From positions 660,001-692,000 of the forward strand of contig NZ_CP013213.1 of NCBI RefSeq assembly GCF_001545095.1: a stretch of DNA of 32,000 nt, in the 5' to 3' direction. The notes beneath the pieces are model-generated. The model saw only the letters and a list, made by a program, of their open reading frames with translations, was not told where the DNA came from and ran no database searches. The position numbers were made by a program, and so were the translations under genes. Origin of the DNA: Erysipelothrix larvae (GTDB lineage: Bacteria > Bacillota_I > Bacilli_A > Erysipelotrichales > Erysipelotrichaceae). Of the stretch, positions 7,030 through 17,102 are shown piece after piece. Within the stretch, counting starts at the first letter, position 1; every line of letters starts with the position of its first letter.

Positions 7030-9624
7030 ATGCAGTATGTTTATTTGTTTTCTGAAGGTAATGCATCCATGCGCGAAACATTGGGTGGGAAAGGTGCAAA
7101 CCTAGCCGAAATGACAAACCTAGGACTTCCAGTTCCTCAAGGGTTTACAGTAAGTACTGATGCTTGTAATCTGTACTATGAACACGGTGAAGTTCTTTCA
7201 GAAGACGTAAAATCTGAAATCTTTGATAAGCTTAAAAAGCTTGAAGAAATTACAGGGAAGAAATTCGGTGGGAATGATAATCCACTCTTAGTATCTGTTC
7301 GAAGCGGATCTCGTGCATCCATGCCAGGGATGATGGATACCGTTTTAAACTTAGGGATCAATGAAGAAGTACTTCATGCAATCGAAAAAGTGGATCCAAA
7401 ACTTGCATACGACTCATACCGTCGTTTTATCACCATGTTTGGTGAAGTGGTAATGGGTGTTGAAAAAACTTACTTTGATAATGCGTTAAATCACATTATG
7501 AAAGCTCATAATTATGAGTCTGACCATGACTTAACGGTTGATGCATTGAAGGAAGTTGTGAATTCATTTAAATCTGTTTACAAGGAACACACAGGGAAGC
7601 ATTTCCCAACAGATCCAAATGAACAACTTCTCTTAGCAGTTGAAGCGGTCTTTAGATCATGGAACAATCCACGTGCTATTTATTACCGTAAAATGAACGA
7701 TATCCCAATGTCATGGGGTACAGCAGTTAACATTCAAGAGATGGTATTTGGGAATATGGGTGAAGGGTGTGCAACCGGAGTTGCCTTCTCACGAAACCCA
7801 GCAACCGGTGAAAAGAAATTATATGGAGAATTCCTTTATAATGCACAAGGTGAAGATGTTGTTGCGGGAACCCATACACCACTTCAAATTGTGAAATTGA
7901 AAGAAGAAATGCCAGATGCATATGCACAGTTTGAAGAAACTGCGCAGAAGCTTGAAGCACATTATCATGACATGCAAGATATGGAATTTACCATTGAACG
8001 TGGTAAGTTGTTTATGCTCCAAACACGGAATGGAAAACGAACTGCACAAGCTGCTGTTCGGATTGCTGTTGACATGCTTCATGAAGGACTCATTACAAAA
8101 CAAGAAGCAGTTGATAGTTTAGACCTAAAAATCATCGATGGCTTACTCCATCCTCAATTTGATGCCGATCGTCTTAAGAAGACAGAGCCAATCGCAACCG
8201 GACTTCCAGCATCACCAGGTGCTGCAAGTGGTGTTATTGCACTAGATGCAGCGTCTGCAGTTGAATACTGTGATAAAGGACGTGATGTTATTTTGGTAAG
8301 ACTGGAAACATCACCAGAAGATATTGAAGGGATGAACGTATCCAAAGGAATCCTTACAGCACGTGGGGGAATGACGTCTCATGCGGCTGTAGTTGGACGT
8401 GGAATGGGTAAAGCAGCAATTGTAGGATGCAGTGAAATCCAAGTTGATGATACAGGCGTTACAATTCAAGGAAAACACTACAATGAAGGGGAATATATCT
8501 CAATTGATGGATCTACAGGACATGTATATCCAGGACTTCTAAAAACAGAACAAGCATCGATTAAAGAAGACTTTAAAGAAATCCTTGAACTGTCGGATGA
8601 GCTTGCACCAATTCAAGTTTATGCAAATGCAGACTCACCACAAGACGTTGCACGTGCGATTGAATTTGGTGCTAAGGGCGTAGGATTAGTACGTACTGAG
8701 CATATGTTCTTTGAAGCTTCACGAATTCGTGCAGTGCGTGAGATGATTCTCTCAACAACACAAGGTCAACGCGAAGTAGCACTGGATAAGATCTTACCAA
8801 TGCAACGCGAAGACTTCGAAGGCATCTTTAGAGTGTTGGAAGGACGCAGTGCGACCATTCGTTTCTTAGATCCACCACTTCATGAGTTTATGCCAACAAC
8901 AACACAAGATATCGAAGAATTAGCGGTTGTAATGAATCGCAGTACAACAGAACTTCGCGAAGTGATTCGTCGTCTCCATGAATACAACCCAATGATGGGA
9001 CACCGTGGATGCCGTCTTGCGATTACTTACCCAGAAATCTCAATGATGCAAACACGTGCAGTCATTGAAGCTGCAATCAATGTTTCAAAAGAAACAGGTA
9101 AAAATGTTAAACCAGAAATCATGATTCCACTTGTAGGTGATGTGAAAGAGTTTACCTTCCTTGCAAGTAAAGTCAGAGAAACTGCAGATGCACTCATCAA
9201 AGACAGTGGATTGGACCTTAAATACACTGTAGGAACGATGATTGAGTTACCAAGAGCCTGTGTTCTCGCAGATGAAATCGCACAACAAGCAGATTTCTTC
9301 TCATTTGGAACCAATGACTTAACACAAATGACCTATGGATTCTCTCGTGATGACGCAGGTACGTTCTTGAAAGACTACTACAGCTTAGGCATCTATGACA
9401 AAGACCCATTCGCAACTGTTGATCAATTGGGTGTTGGTTCATTGATCAAGATGGCAGTAGAAAAAGGACGCGCAACCAATCCAAACTTGAAGATTGGTGT
9501 CTGTGGAGAACACGGCGGCGATCCAGCGTCCATTGCATTCTTTAAATCAGTGGGTGTTGACTATGTGTCATGCTCACCATATCGCGTACCAGTAGCGCGC
9601 ATTGCAGCTGCTAGAGACGAATAA
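7030..9624 (+). CDS. ppdK: Pyruvate, phosphate dikinase
   Basis: The N-terminus MQYVYLFSEGNASMRETLGGKGANLAEM is typical of PPDK. The catalytic His loop is GGMTSHAAVVGRGMG, with a C-terminal PEP-utilizer TIM barrel. The RBS AAGGAGG (7014-7020) precedes ATG 7030, so the ORF-track start at 6973 is an artefactual extension. Confidence 0.95.
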   Translation: MQYVYLFSEGNASMRETLGGKGANLAEMTNLGLPVPQGFTVSTDACNLYYEHGEVLSEDVKSEIFDKLKKLEEITGKKFGGNDNPLLVSVRSGSRASMPGMMDTVLNLGINEEVLHAIEKVDPKLAYDSYRRFITMFGEVVMGVEKTYFDNALNHIMKAHNYESDHDLTVDALKEVVNSFKSVYKEHTGKHFPTDPNEQLLLAVEAVFRSWNNPRAIYYRKMNDIPMSWGTAVNIQEMVFGNMGEGCATGVAFSRNPATGEKKLYGEFLYNAQGEDVVAGTHTPLQIVKLKEEMPDAYAQFEETAQKLEAHYHDMQDMEFTIERGKLFMLQTRNGKRTAQAAVRIAVDMLHEGLITKQEAVDSLDLKIIDGLLHPQFDADRLKKTEPIATGLPASPGAASGVIALDAASAVEYCDKGRDVILVRLETSPEDIEGMNVSKGILTARGGMTSHAAVVGRGMGKAAIVGCSEIQVDDTGVTIQGKHYNEGEYISIDGSTGHVYPGLLKTEQASIKEDFKEILELSDELAPIQVYANADSPQDVARAIEFGAKGVGLVRTEHMFFEASRIRAVREMILSTTQGQREVALDKILPMQREDFEGIFRVLEGRSATIRFLDPPLHEFMPTTTQDIEELAVVMNRSTTELREVIRRLHEYNPMMGHRGCRLAITYPEISMMQTRAVIEAAINVSKETGKNVKPEIMIPLVGDVKEFTFLASKVRETADALIKDSGLDLKYTVGTMIELPRACVLADEIAQQADFFSFGTNDLTQMTYGFSRDDAGTFLKDYYSLGIYDKDPFATVDQLGVGSLIKMAVEKGRATNPNLKIGVCGEHGGDPASIAFFKSVGVDYVSCSPYRVPVARIAAARDE

Positions 9625-9627
9625 ATC

Positions 9628-9652
9628 CAAAGACCCTTAGGGGTCTTTTTTA
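9628..9652 (+). terminator. Intrinsic terminator of ppdK
   Basis: AAAGACCC-ttag-GGGTCTTT followed by a T run, starting 4 nt after the stop codon. Confidence 0.8.
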
Positions 9653-9950
9653 ACTTGATGAGCAAGCGATGAAGCTAATGATAAAAGAAATGTCCTACCA
9701 CTCTCACTAAATTGGAAGGGAAGCTGTAAGTAAGTGAGAAGGTGTTAATACCTGTTTTTGAACCATGTTGAATGAGAGTTAGCGGAGTTCAAGGCAAGGA
9801 TACGAGAGCGTGAATAATGGTAAAAAAAAGTTCATCAGAAGTGGTGAACTTTATACATTGGATGGTCGTTATAACACTGCAGGTAAAGGATCAAATTACC
9901 GCGGCACATAGAGTGTCAATAAGGATTGTATCGTGTTTAGGTGGTTCGTA

Positions 9951-10004
9951 AGCAACTAATAGAAATCGAAGGAACTATAGTTTGCTATTATTCTTCTTTT
10001 TTTT
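9951..10004 (+). terminator. Terminator-like hairpin plus U-rich tract in the orphan region after ppdK
   Basis: AGCAACTA(a)TAG ... CTA TAG(T)TTGCT forms a stem of about 11 bp with bulges (9951-9986). It is followed by ATTATTCTTC and a T8 run (9997-10004). No annotated plus-strand gene ends here. Confidence 0.35.
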
Positions 10005-10103
10005 CAAAGGTCTAACCTAGCTAAGCATATTATTACATTAATATTTTTAAAAGAATTATCGTGTCCATCCCTTTGTTCTGATAAATGAATATTTAATAAC
10101 CTC

Positions 10104-11285
10104 CTAGATTTCACAGATTTGTTTTAATTTTGGAATCAATATAGATGCAAATACACCAAGTAATGCTACACAGAACAATGTTTTATTTATCCCAACAATT
10201 GTGCTCAATGCACTCGCAACTGTCGGCATAAGAAGTGAAGAAACGCCTGTGAAAATACTTAAAGCAACCAGTTGACTGCTACTTTTCAATCGTGTATCAC
10301 TGAGATTAAATATGAGTATTTTAGATGTAATTAAGACAAGGGGTGTGGTGAACATTTGCAATAAATTAAGAAGAATCATGATTATAACGTTGCTAGTAAA
10401 ACTATACAATACAAACTGAATAGTAATAACAAAGGCACTTAGTTGCAATAAATTAAAATGATTATACCTACGCAAAATCCTATACCCAAATAAATAAGTT
10501 GGGATTTCTAATAAAGACTGTAATGTCCATTTATATGATATTTGAGTATTAGTTGCACCAAGTTCCAGCATTTTATCAATCACAATACCATTGTTTGCCA
10601 CTATTATTGAGTATAACAAAAATAAAATGAAAACGAGTAATGCATATTTTCTGTCTTTAAACAATCCAGCTAAGTCACTCATTTGAATTTTCTTTGTATG
10701 GTTAATTTTTTTTATGTCTGAAATCCTAATTACATTAATCAATACAAATATTGTTATAATTACAATAGTAGCCGAAAGATACGCATATGAGAAATGTAAC
10801 ACTAAAATTGATGCTATTATACTAGAAATTGCCCATCCTATTGACCCAAACGCCTTTATAAAGGATAGTTTTGCTTTTGGCTCTTCACCACTGCTCAGAA
10901 CCCACGTATCCATTAAACCACAGCACGTATTTAATAGTCCAATTGAAAGGGCATTGATTATAAAATGAAAAATATAGTTCATCTCACTTTGTACAAATAG
11001 AATTGCAGAAGTTATTCCAAATATGATGAGTGACGCAATTAGAACTTTTCGAATCGTCTGAAATCGATCAGCTAATATTCCAAAGAACATTTGAAATAAA
11101 ATAGTTGTTAGTGCATATCCTGACAAAATTGTTCCTCTTTGTACTATATCGTACCCAAGACTCGTCAAGAATGGAGTAATACTTGTCATAGCCATGCTGA
11201 AACTAACATAAGAAAAAAGGTATAAAACACAGAATATCCTTATACTTTTTTCCCGATTTAGGCTTTTAGTAGTTGATAACTGCAT
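10104..11285 (-). CDS. MFS transporter (12-TM type, substrate unknown)
   Basis: The sequence is hydrophobic throughout, with the MFS motif-A-like GILADRFQTIRK after TM2. The start is taken at ATG 11285; the ORF-track start at 11300 is a TTG without an SD. It overlaps the EIIA gene end by 20 nt. Confidence 0.75.
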   Translation of the reverse strand: MQLSTTKSLNREKSIRIFCVLYLFSYVSFSMAMTSITPFLTSLGYDIVQRGTILSGYALTTILFQMFFGILADRFQTIRKVLIASLIIFGITSAILFVQSEMNYIFHFIINALSIGLLNTCCGLMDTWVLSSGEEPKAKLSFIKAFGSIGWAISSIIASILVLHFSYAYLSATIVIITIFVLINVIRISDIKKINHTKKIQMSDLAGLFKDRKYALLVFILFLLYSIIVANNGIVIDKMLELGATNTQISYKWTLQSLLEIPTYLFGYRILRRYNHFNLLQLSAFVITIQFVLYSFTSNVIIMILLNLLQMFTTPLVLITSKILIFNLSDTRLKSSSQLVALSIFTGVSSLLMPTVASALSTIVGINKTLFCVALLGVFASILIPKLKQICEI

Positions 11286-11739
11286 CTTTACCACTTTCAA
11301 CTTTATTTAGTATTTTTTTTATGACAATCTTACACTCACTAGGATTTTCCAGCAAAACCATCGGTACTACCAATTCATCAAGTGAGTTCAGATACTCCTG
11401 ATTAATCGTAATTAGCAAATCACCAACGGAAACCTTGTCACCCTGACAAACATGAACGGTAAATAAAGAATCTAAATAGTTAGCACTATCAAGTCCAATA
11501 TGCAGAAGAATTTGCAACCCATCATCATTTTGTATAATAATTGCATGTTTAGTTGGTGCTATCAGACTAATCTCTCCGTTACATGGAGCGCACAAATTTA
11601 TTTCTTTGGCAATAATTGCAATGCCTTCACCCATCATTTTTGTTGAAAAAACTTGATCTTTTACATTTTCTATTGGAATTAACTCCCCAGTAATATGAGC
11701 CATTAACTCACATTTCTTTTGTTTTCTTTTTTTAAACAT
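11266..11739 (-). CDS. PTS EIIA component, glucose family
   Basis: The MMGEGIAI region and both conserved His residues are present (TKHAIII ... LLHIGLDS), as in EIIA-Glc. An AGGT SD-like element lies 7 nt upstream of ATG 11739. Confidence 0.85.
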   Translation of the reverse strand: MFKKRKQKKCELMAHITGELIPIENVKDQVFSTKMMGEGIAIIAKEINLCAPCNGEISLIAPTKHAIIIQNDDGLQILLHIGLDSANYLDSLFTVHVCQGDKVSVGDLLITINQEYLNSLDELVVPMVLLENPSECKIVIKKILNKVESGKDAVINY

Positions 11740-11747
11740 ATTTTTAC

Positions 11748-12236
11748 CTAAATCATTCCTATTTTTATTTTTATAATTAATGTTGTCATTGCTATTAGTA
11801 AAACAAACAAAGCTAACAGAATAATTTTTTTATCTTTTGATTTATTTGCTTTGATGTAATGCTTCTTAATATTCTTTATACCGATAAAATTATATATATA
11901 AAAGAATAATACCATTATTGCTAATTGGTTCATTAGAATTATCTGAGAAACAAATACAATTGCGAATGCAATCATTTCATTCTTGTATTCTTTCTTTTCT
12001 CTGATTTTGAAAATTACAAATGCACTGTAGATGGATGAGATGTTTACAATTAAATTAATACTTTCAACACTACTATTATTTAGTAGTGTTGAAAGATTAG
12101 TGTTGAGTGCATACACACTCATACTTAAATAAAGTAAGTAAGCTGCTGGGACAAATATAAATAGGCTACATACTAGCATTAAATAGATATTCTCATCATT
12201 TACAATTTTTAGAATCTTTGAAGTTAGCTTCGCCAT
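11748..12236 (-). CDS. Hypothetical polytopic membrane protein (162 aa), no family recognised
   Basis: The RBS GGAGG lies 6 nt before the ATG. There are about 4-5 hydrophobic segments separated by K/N-rich loops. It sits inside the PTS operon between the GH4 and EIIA genes. Confidence 0.6.
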   Translation of the reverse strand: MAKLTSKILKIVNDENIYLMLVCSLFIFVPAAYLLYLSMSVYALNTNLSTLLNNSSVESINLIVNISSIYSAFVIFKIREKKEYKNEMIAFAIVFVSQIILMNQLAIMVLFFYIYNFIGIKNIKKHYIKANKSKDKKIILLALFVLLIAMTTLIIKIKIGMI

Positions 12237-12254
12237 AATTTACCTCCAAAAGTA

Positions 12255-13592
<1,338 letters not shown>

Positions 13593-15185
13593 TTAATTCT
13601 CCTCTAACAATATTTCAAACTCTTCTCTTACACTTGGTACAGACATCCCTACAATGATTTGTATCGCATTGCCATTATGTACTAACCCATGAGCCCCTGC
13701 TTCTTTAAAGTTCTTTTCAGGTGCTAAATCCTTATCATTTACTAATGTAATTCTAAGTCTTGTTGCACAATTTGTTACATCGACAACATTATTTTTACCA
13801 CCAACCAATTCCAAGTATATTGCAGCTTGTCTTTCAGCTTTAGTTAATTTTTTATCACTATTTTTTTGATCAACTTTACTGTTTTCTTGTTTTTCCAAGT
13901 ACTCGGCTTTACTATACAGTTTTGTTTCATCCTCTAGTTCTCTACCAGGGGTTAATAAATTGAATTTTTTTATTAAGTAAACAAAAACTACAAACCAAAT
14001 TACCGTAAAAACTAAACCTAATGATACTTGAATCAGATATGTTCGCCAGTGATACATTCCCAACGGCAACCAGTTTAGAACGGTCCAATTTATTAATCCC
14101 CCACCAAAATCTCCAACCACTCCAAAAGTAAACGCTAGTGCTTGTAATGTGGCATCAAGAAGTGCGTGTACCACGAATAAGATAGGTGCTGAGAATAAAA
14201 ACGTAAATTCTAATGGTTCTGTAATCCCAGTAAGAACAGAGGTTAATGTTGCAGGTATCATTAATCCAAGAACTGCTTTTTTCTTTTCAGGTTTTGCAGT
14301 AACATAGAAAGCTCCAGCTACACCGAGAGATCCAAATACTTTACCCATGCCAGATAATGAAAAGCCAATCGGATACATTTCTTTTAGGGTATAAGCAGTT
14401 GTTTGGAAATTGTGCAAATTAGTAGCCCAGTAAGCGGATGTACCACCTTGGACAATTACATTATCGTAAGTAAATGGGGCATAAATGAAATGATGTAATC
14501 CAGTAGGAATTAGAATTTTTTGCAAGAAGGCATACACCCAGATTCCTAAACTACCACTATTCATAAAGAACCCTTGTAATCCAGACATTAAAGCTTGGAA
14601 ATGTGGCCAGATTAGACATGTTAGCAGTGCAACAGGTAACATCAGGAAGAAGCAAATCGCAACAACCAATGATGATCCTTTGAAAATTCCAATCCAATCT
14701 GGTAACTCATTATCAAAATATCGATTATGCACCCAGATTACAATTCCAGAGATGAGTAATGCTCCAATCATACCCGTATCAAGTGTTTTAATCCCTGCAA
14801 TTGTTGTCAATCCACTTCCTGTAGTGATTTCCCTTGTGAAATCGACACCAAATGCTGGTCCCCAATGCGTTAACATTCTTCCTACAAAGTAATTGAAAGT
14901 TAAATAGGTAGCAACTGCTTCGAGACAAGCTCTAGCTTGTTGTTTTTTTGCTAGTGCAATTGGTAATGATAAAGCAAACAATAATGGTAATTGATTAAAT
15001 ACCATCCAAGCACCTGCAGATACAACATCCCAAAATTGATACCAAATATGCGATGGGTCAGCAAGCGATCCCATGATGCTACTATTCTTAAATACAATAG
15101 AAAATCCTACCATCAATCCAGAAAATGCAAATAGCAACGTTGGTGTGAACATGGCACCACCAAAGCGTTGAATTTTCTTCATCAT
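13593..15185 (-). CDS. PTS alpha-glucoside/maltose-specific EIICB component (GlvC/MalP-like)
   Basis: The N-terminus MMKKIQRFGGAMFTPTLLFAF resembles B. subtilis GlvC/MalP. It has a polytopic EIIC domain and a C-terminal EIIB with the phosphocysteine motif NCATRLR. The RBS is AAGGAG. Confidence 0.9.
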   Translation of the reverse strand: MMKKIQRFGGAMFTPTLLFAFSGLMVGFSIVFKNSSIMGSLADPSHIWYQFWDVVSAGAWMVFNQLPLLFALSLPIALAKKQQARACLEAVATYLTFNYFVGRMLTHWGPAFGVDFTREITTGSGLTTIAGIKTLDTGMIGALLISGIVIWVHNRYFDNELPDWIGIFKGSSLVVAICFFLMLPVALLTCLIWPHFQALMSGLQGFFMNSGSLGIWVYAFLQKILIPTGLHHFIYAPFTYDNVIVQGGTSAYWATNLHNFQTTAYTLKEMYPIGFSLSGMGKVFGSLGVAGAFYVTAKPEKKKAVLGLMIPATLTSVLTGITEPLEFTFLFSAPILFVVHALLDATLQALAFTFGVVGDFGGGLINWTVLNWLPLGMYHWRTYLIQVSLGLVFTVIWFVVFVYLIKKFNLLTPGRELEDETKLYSKAEYLEKQENSKVDQKNSDKKLTKAERQAAIYLELVGGKNNVVDVTNCATRLRITLVNDKDLAPEKNFKEAGAHGLVHNGNAIQIIVGMSVPSVREEFEILLEEN

Positions 15186-15229
15186 ATAATTTTCTCCTTT
15201 TATAATGTCTTAAACGTTTTGACTTACCC

Positions 15230-15258
15230 ATATTAGCATGCGCGTTTTTAAACCACAA
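15230..15258 (-). promoter_or_regulatory. Putative promoter of the PTS operon
   Basis: On the minus strand: TTGTGG (15258-15253), a 17-nt spacer, then TAATAT (15235-15230). It lies about 45 nt upstream of ATG 15185. Confidence 0.4.
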
Positions 15259-15342
15259 CGCTAATTCTGTCATTAAGTAATGTTTACTAACTCTTGAAAA
15301 AATGCACATATATTGTGTAATTTTCACATCGCATTTATTGAA

Positions 15343-15380
15343 ATCAACAAAAAATGCCCTAAATAAGATAGGACATTTTA
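15343..15380 (-). terminator. Intrinsic terminator of the rpiR-family gene
   Basis: On the minus strand: AAAATGTCCTA-tcttattt-TAGGGCATTTT followed by TTGTTGATTT. Confidence 0.65.
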
Positions 15381-15432
15381 AACTGATTATTTTGATTTAT
15401 ATTACTACACCTTAAATTGTTATTGAATCTCT

Positions 15433-16218
15433 TTATATTTCGACAACTTCTAATAACTGACGTTCTCTCTTGTAGATACTATACTTAATGAATAAAAACT
15501 CGATAAGCAAAAAATATAACATAGTTGTCTTAAAAGTTGCATGACGTTCTAAAATTGTGAAATCAGTTGTCGAAATATACAGTGAGTCATCACTAAGTTG
15601 TGAAAGTTTGCTATCTTTAAAGTCAGTAATCGAAATGATTTTGTTTCCGTTCAATTTAAGCCTTTGCGCGATATTTACAATTTCCTTATTATCTCCACTT
15701 AAAGATATTAGAATCACAACATCTTCTCTATTCACTAAACTATAAAAGGCATTATCAAAAGTTACTCCACTAATGTTATGAACAATTTTCTGTCCTGACA
15801 AAAACATGCGTCGAATTTGCTCTGAGACTGCATTTTGAATATCACCTGATCCATACACATATGTTTGATTAGATTCATAAATTAGCTTGCATATACTATC
15901 ATAATTTTTATTTCTTTGACCCTCAACGTATTTAATTACTGAATCACACATAGTGTCAAACATGTTATCATTTATTTTGTCTGTTTTGGTTCCTTGATTC
16001 TCCCAATCTAAAAGAACCTTAAATTCACTATATCCTCTTAGCCCTATTTTTTTAACAAATCTAGTTATTGTTGTTCGTGAAACATTGCAACGCTTCGCAA
16101 GTTCATCAATACTCATTCTAGAACATTGCTTTTTATTTGCAACAATATATGTCCAAATTACAATATCAGTCCCATTTAAATTCGCATACTCTTTTAGTAC
16201 ATATTCATCGATTAGCAT
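15433..16218 (-). CDS. RpiR/MurR-family transcriptional regulator (HTH_6 + SIS), GlvR-like
   Basis: N-terminal HTH (IDELAKRCNVSRTTITRFVKKIGLRGYSEFK) and a C-terminal SIS domain (VYGSGD ..., ILISLSGDNKE). The RBS GGGGAG lies 7 nt before the ATG. Confidence 0.88.
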   Translation of the reverse strand: MLIDEYVLKEYANLNGTDIVIWTYIVANKKQCSRMSIDELAKRCNVSRTTITRFVKKIGLRGYSEFKVLLDWENQGTKTDKINDNMFDTMCDSVIKYVEGQRNKNYDSICKLIYESNQTYVYGSGDIQNAVSEQIRRMFLSGQKIVHNISGVTFDNAFYSLVNREDVVILISLSGDNKEIVNIAQRLKLNGNKIISITDFKDSKLSQLSDDSLYISTTDFTILERHATFKTTMLYFLLIEFLFIKYSIYKRERQLLEVVEI

Positions 16219-16411
16219 AGTTTATCTCCCCATTTATTATACCTTGAAATCGCATACTTTTAAATTAATTATAAAAACAAAGTAACTTCAAGAATCAAAA
16301 AGTGGTTCTGATTGTGATAAATATTCCTGTCTAAATCAATTCCTTGTTAATGTTTAGCTTATTTATGCAATACCATTATCTAGTTGTGAAACAAGTAAAT
16401 ATTAAGATGGG

Positions 16412-16433
16412 ATAAATAAATAAATAAATAAAT
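16412..16433 (+). repeat. Tetranucleotide microsatellite (ATAA)5.5
   Basis: ATAAATAAATAAATAAATAAAT lies in the rpiR-yccF intergenic region. A (GAAA)3 run sits about 45 nt downstream. Confidence 0.9.
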
Positions 16434-16638
16434 CTTTTTGAATATGAGCAAATCATTTATAAGTGCTTTATAGAAAGAAAGAAAGCAAGATTAAAAAAGA
16501 TGAACTAGATGAAAAAGTCGTGAGATTTGAAATCTTGTCTTTTAAAAGTCATTGAATGATTGTTATTTCAGGAGTAGAGTAAGAAAAGACGATAGCTTTG
16601 TTTTTAATAGATCTTCAATGAAGATAGTACATATTACG

Positions 16639-16667
16639 TTGCTTTCTAAAGGGGGGATTGGTATAAT
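16639..16667 (+). promoter_or_regulatory. Sigma-A type promoter of yccF
   Basis: TTGCTT (16639-16644), a 17-nt spacer, then extended -10 TGgTATAAT (16659-16667). Confidence 0.6.
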
Positions 16668-16691
16668 AATTTTTTAAGTGAGGAAGATACG

Positions 16692-17063
16692 ATGAGTGTG
16701 TTAGGGAATTTAATTTGGTTTATATTTTGTGGGTTCTGGCAAGGATTATCATGGTTATTAGCAGGACTTTTTTGGTGTGTCACAATTATCGGAATACCGT
16801 TTGGTCTACAATGTTTTAAATTAGCTGGGTTGATGTTTTTTCCCTTTGGAAAAGAAGTCATTTATGGCGGTGGTACCATGTCTTTAATTGCGAACATCTT
16901 TTGGATCATCTTTAGCGGGATTCCCTTAGCACTATGGGCACTGGTGAATGGTTTAGTTCTTTGTCTCACAATCATTGGAATTCCCTTTGGACTCCAATGC
17001 TTCAAGTTCGCATCCCTTGCTTTAATGCCTTTTGGCACAACGGTTCAAAAAAAGACACGCTAA
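16692..17063 (+). CDS. yccF: YccF-family inner membrane protein (two DUF307 repeats)
   Basis: Two internal repeats contain IIGIPFGLQCFKLA and IIGIPFGLQCFKFA, and the layout matches E. coli YccF. The RBS is GAGGAAG. Confidence 0.85.
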   Translation: MSVLGNLIWFIFCGFWQGLSWLLAGLFWCVTIIGIPFGLQCFKLAGLMFFPFGKEVIYGGGTMSLIANIFWIIFSGIPLALWALVNGLVLCLTIIGIPFGLQCFKFASLALMPFGTTVQKKTR

Positions 17064-17075
17064 GGCGTGTTTTTA
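17053..17075 (+). terminator. Intrinsic terminator of yccF
   Basis: ACACGC-taag-GCGTGT followed by TTTT. The stop codon lies in the loop. Confidence 0.6.
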
Positions 17076-17079
17076 ATTT

Positions 17080-17102
17080 AGAAAAAGGCGATTTCTCGCC
17101 TT
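17080..17102 (-). terminator. Intrinsic terminator of the mgtA-GNAT operon
   Basis: On the minus strand: AAGGCGA-gaaa-TCGCCTT followed by TTTC. It overlaps the GNAT stop codon. Confidence 0.6.

Noticed and set aside
15205-15224. cre-like site (TCAAAACGTTTAAGA, minus strand) between the PTS promoter and its RBS
   Set aside because: Only the central AAACGTTT palindrome fits. The key flanking positions (the G at position 2 and the CA at 13-14) do not match, giving about 11 of 14. That is too weak to call in AT-rich DNA.
15088-15327. 79-aa minus-strand ORF overlapping the EIICB start and its promoter region
   Set aside because: It is out of frame with and overlaps the EIICB N-terminus, and it spans the promoter and RBS. 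It has no SD.
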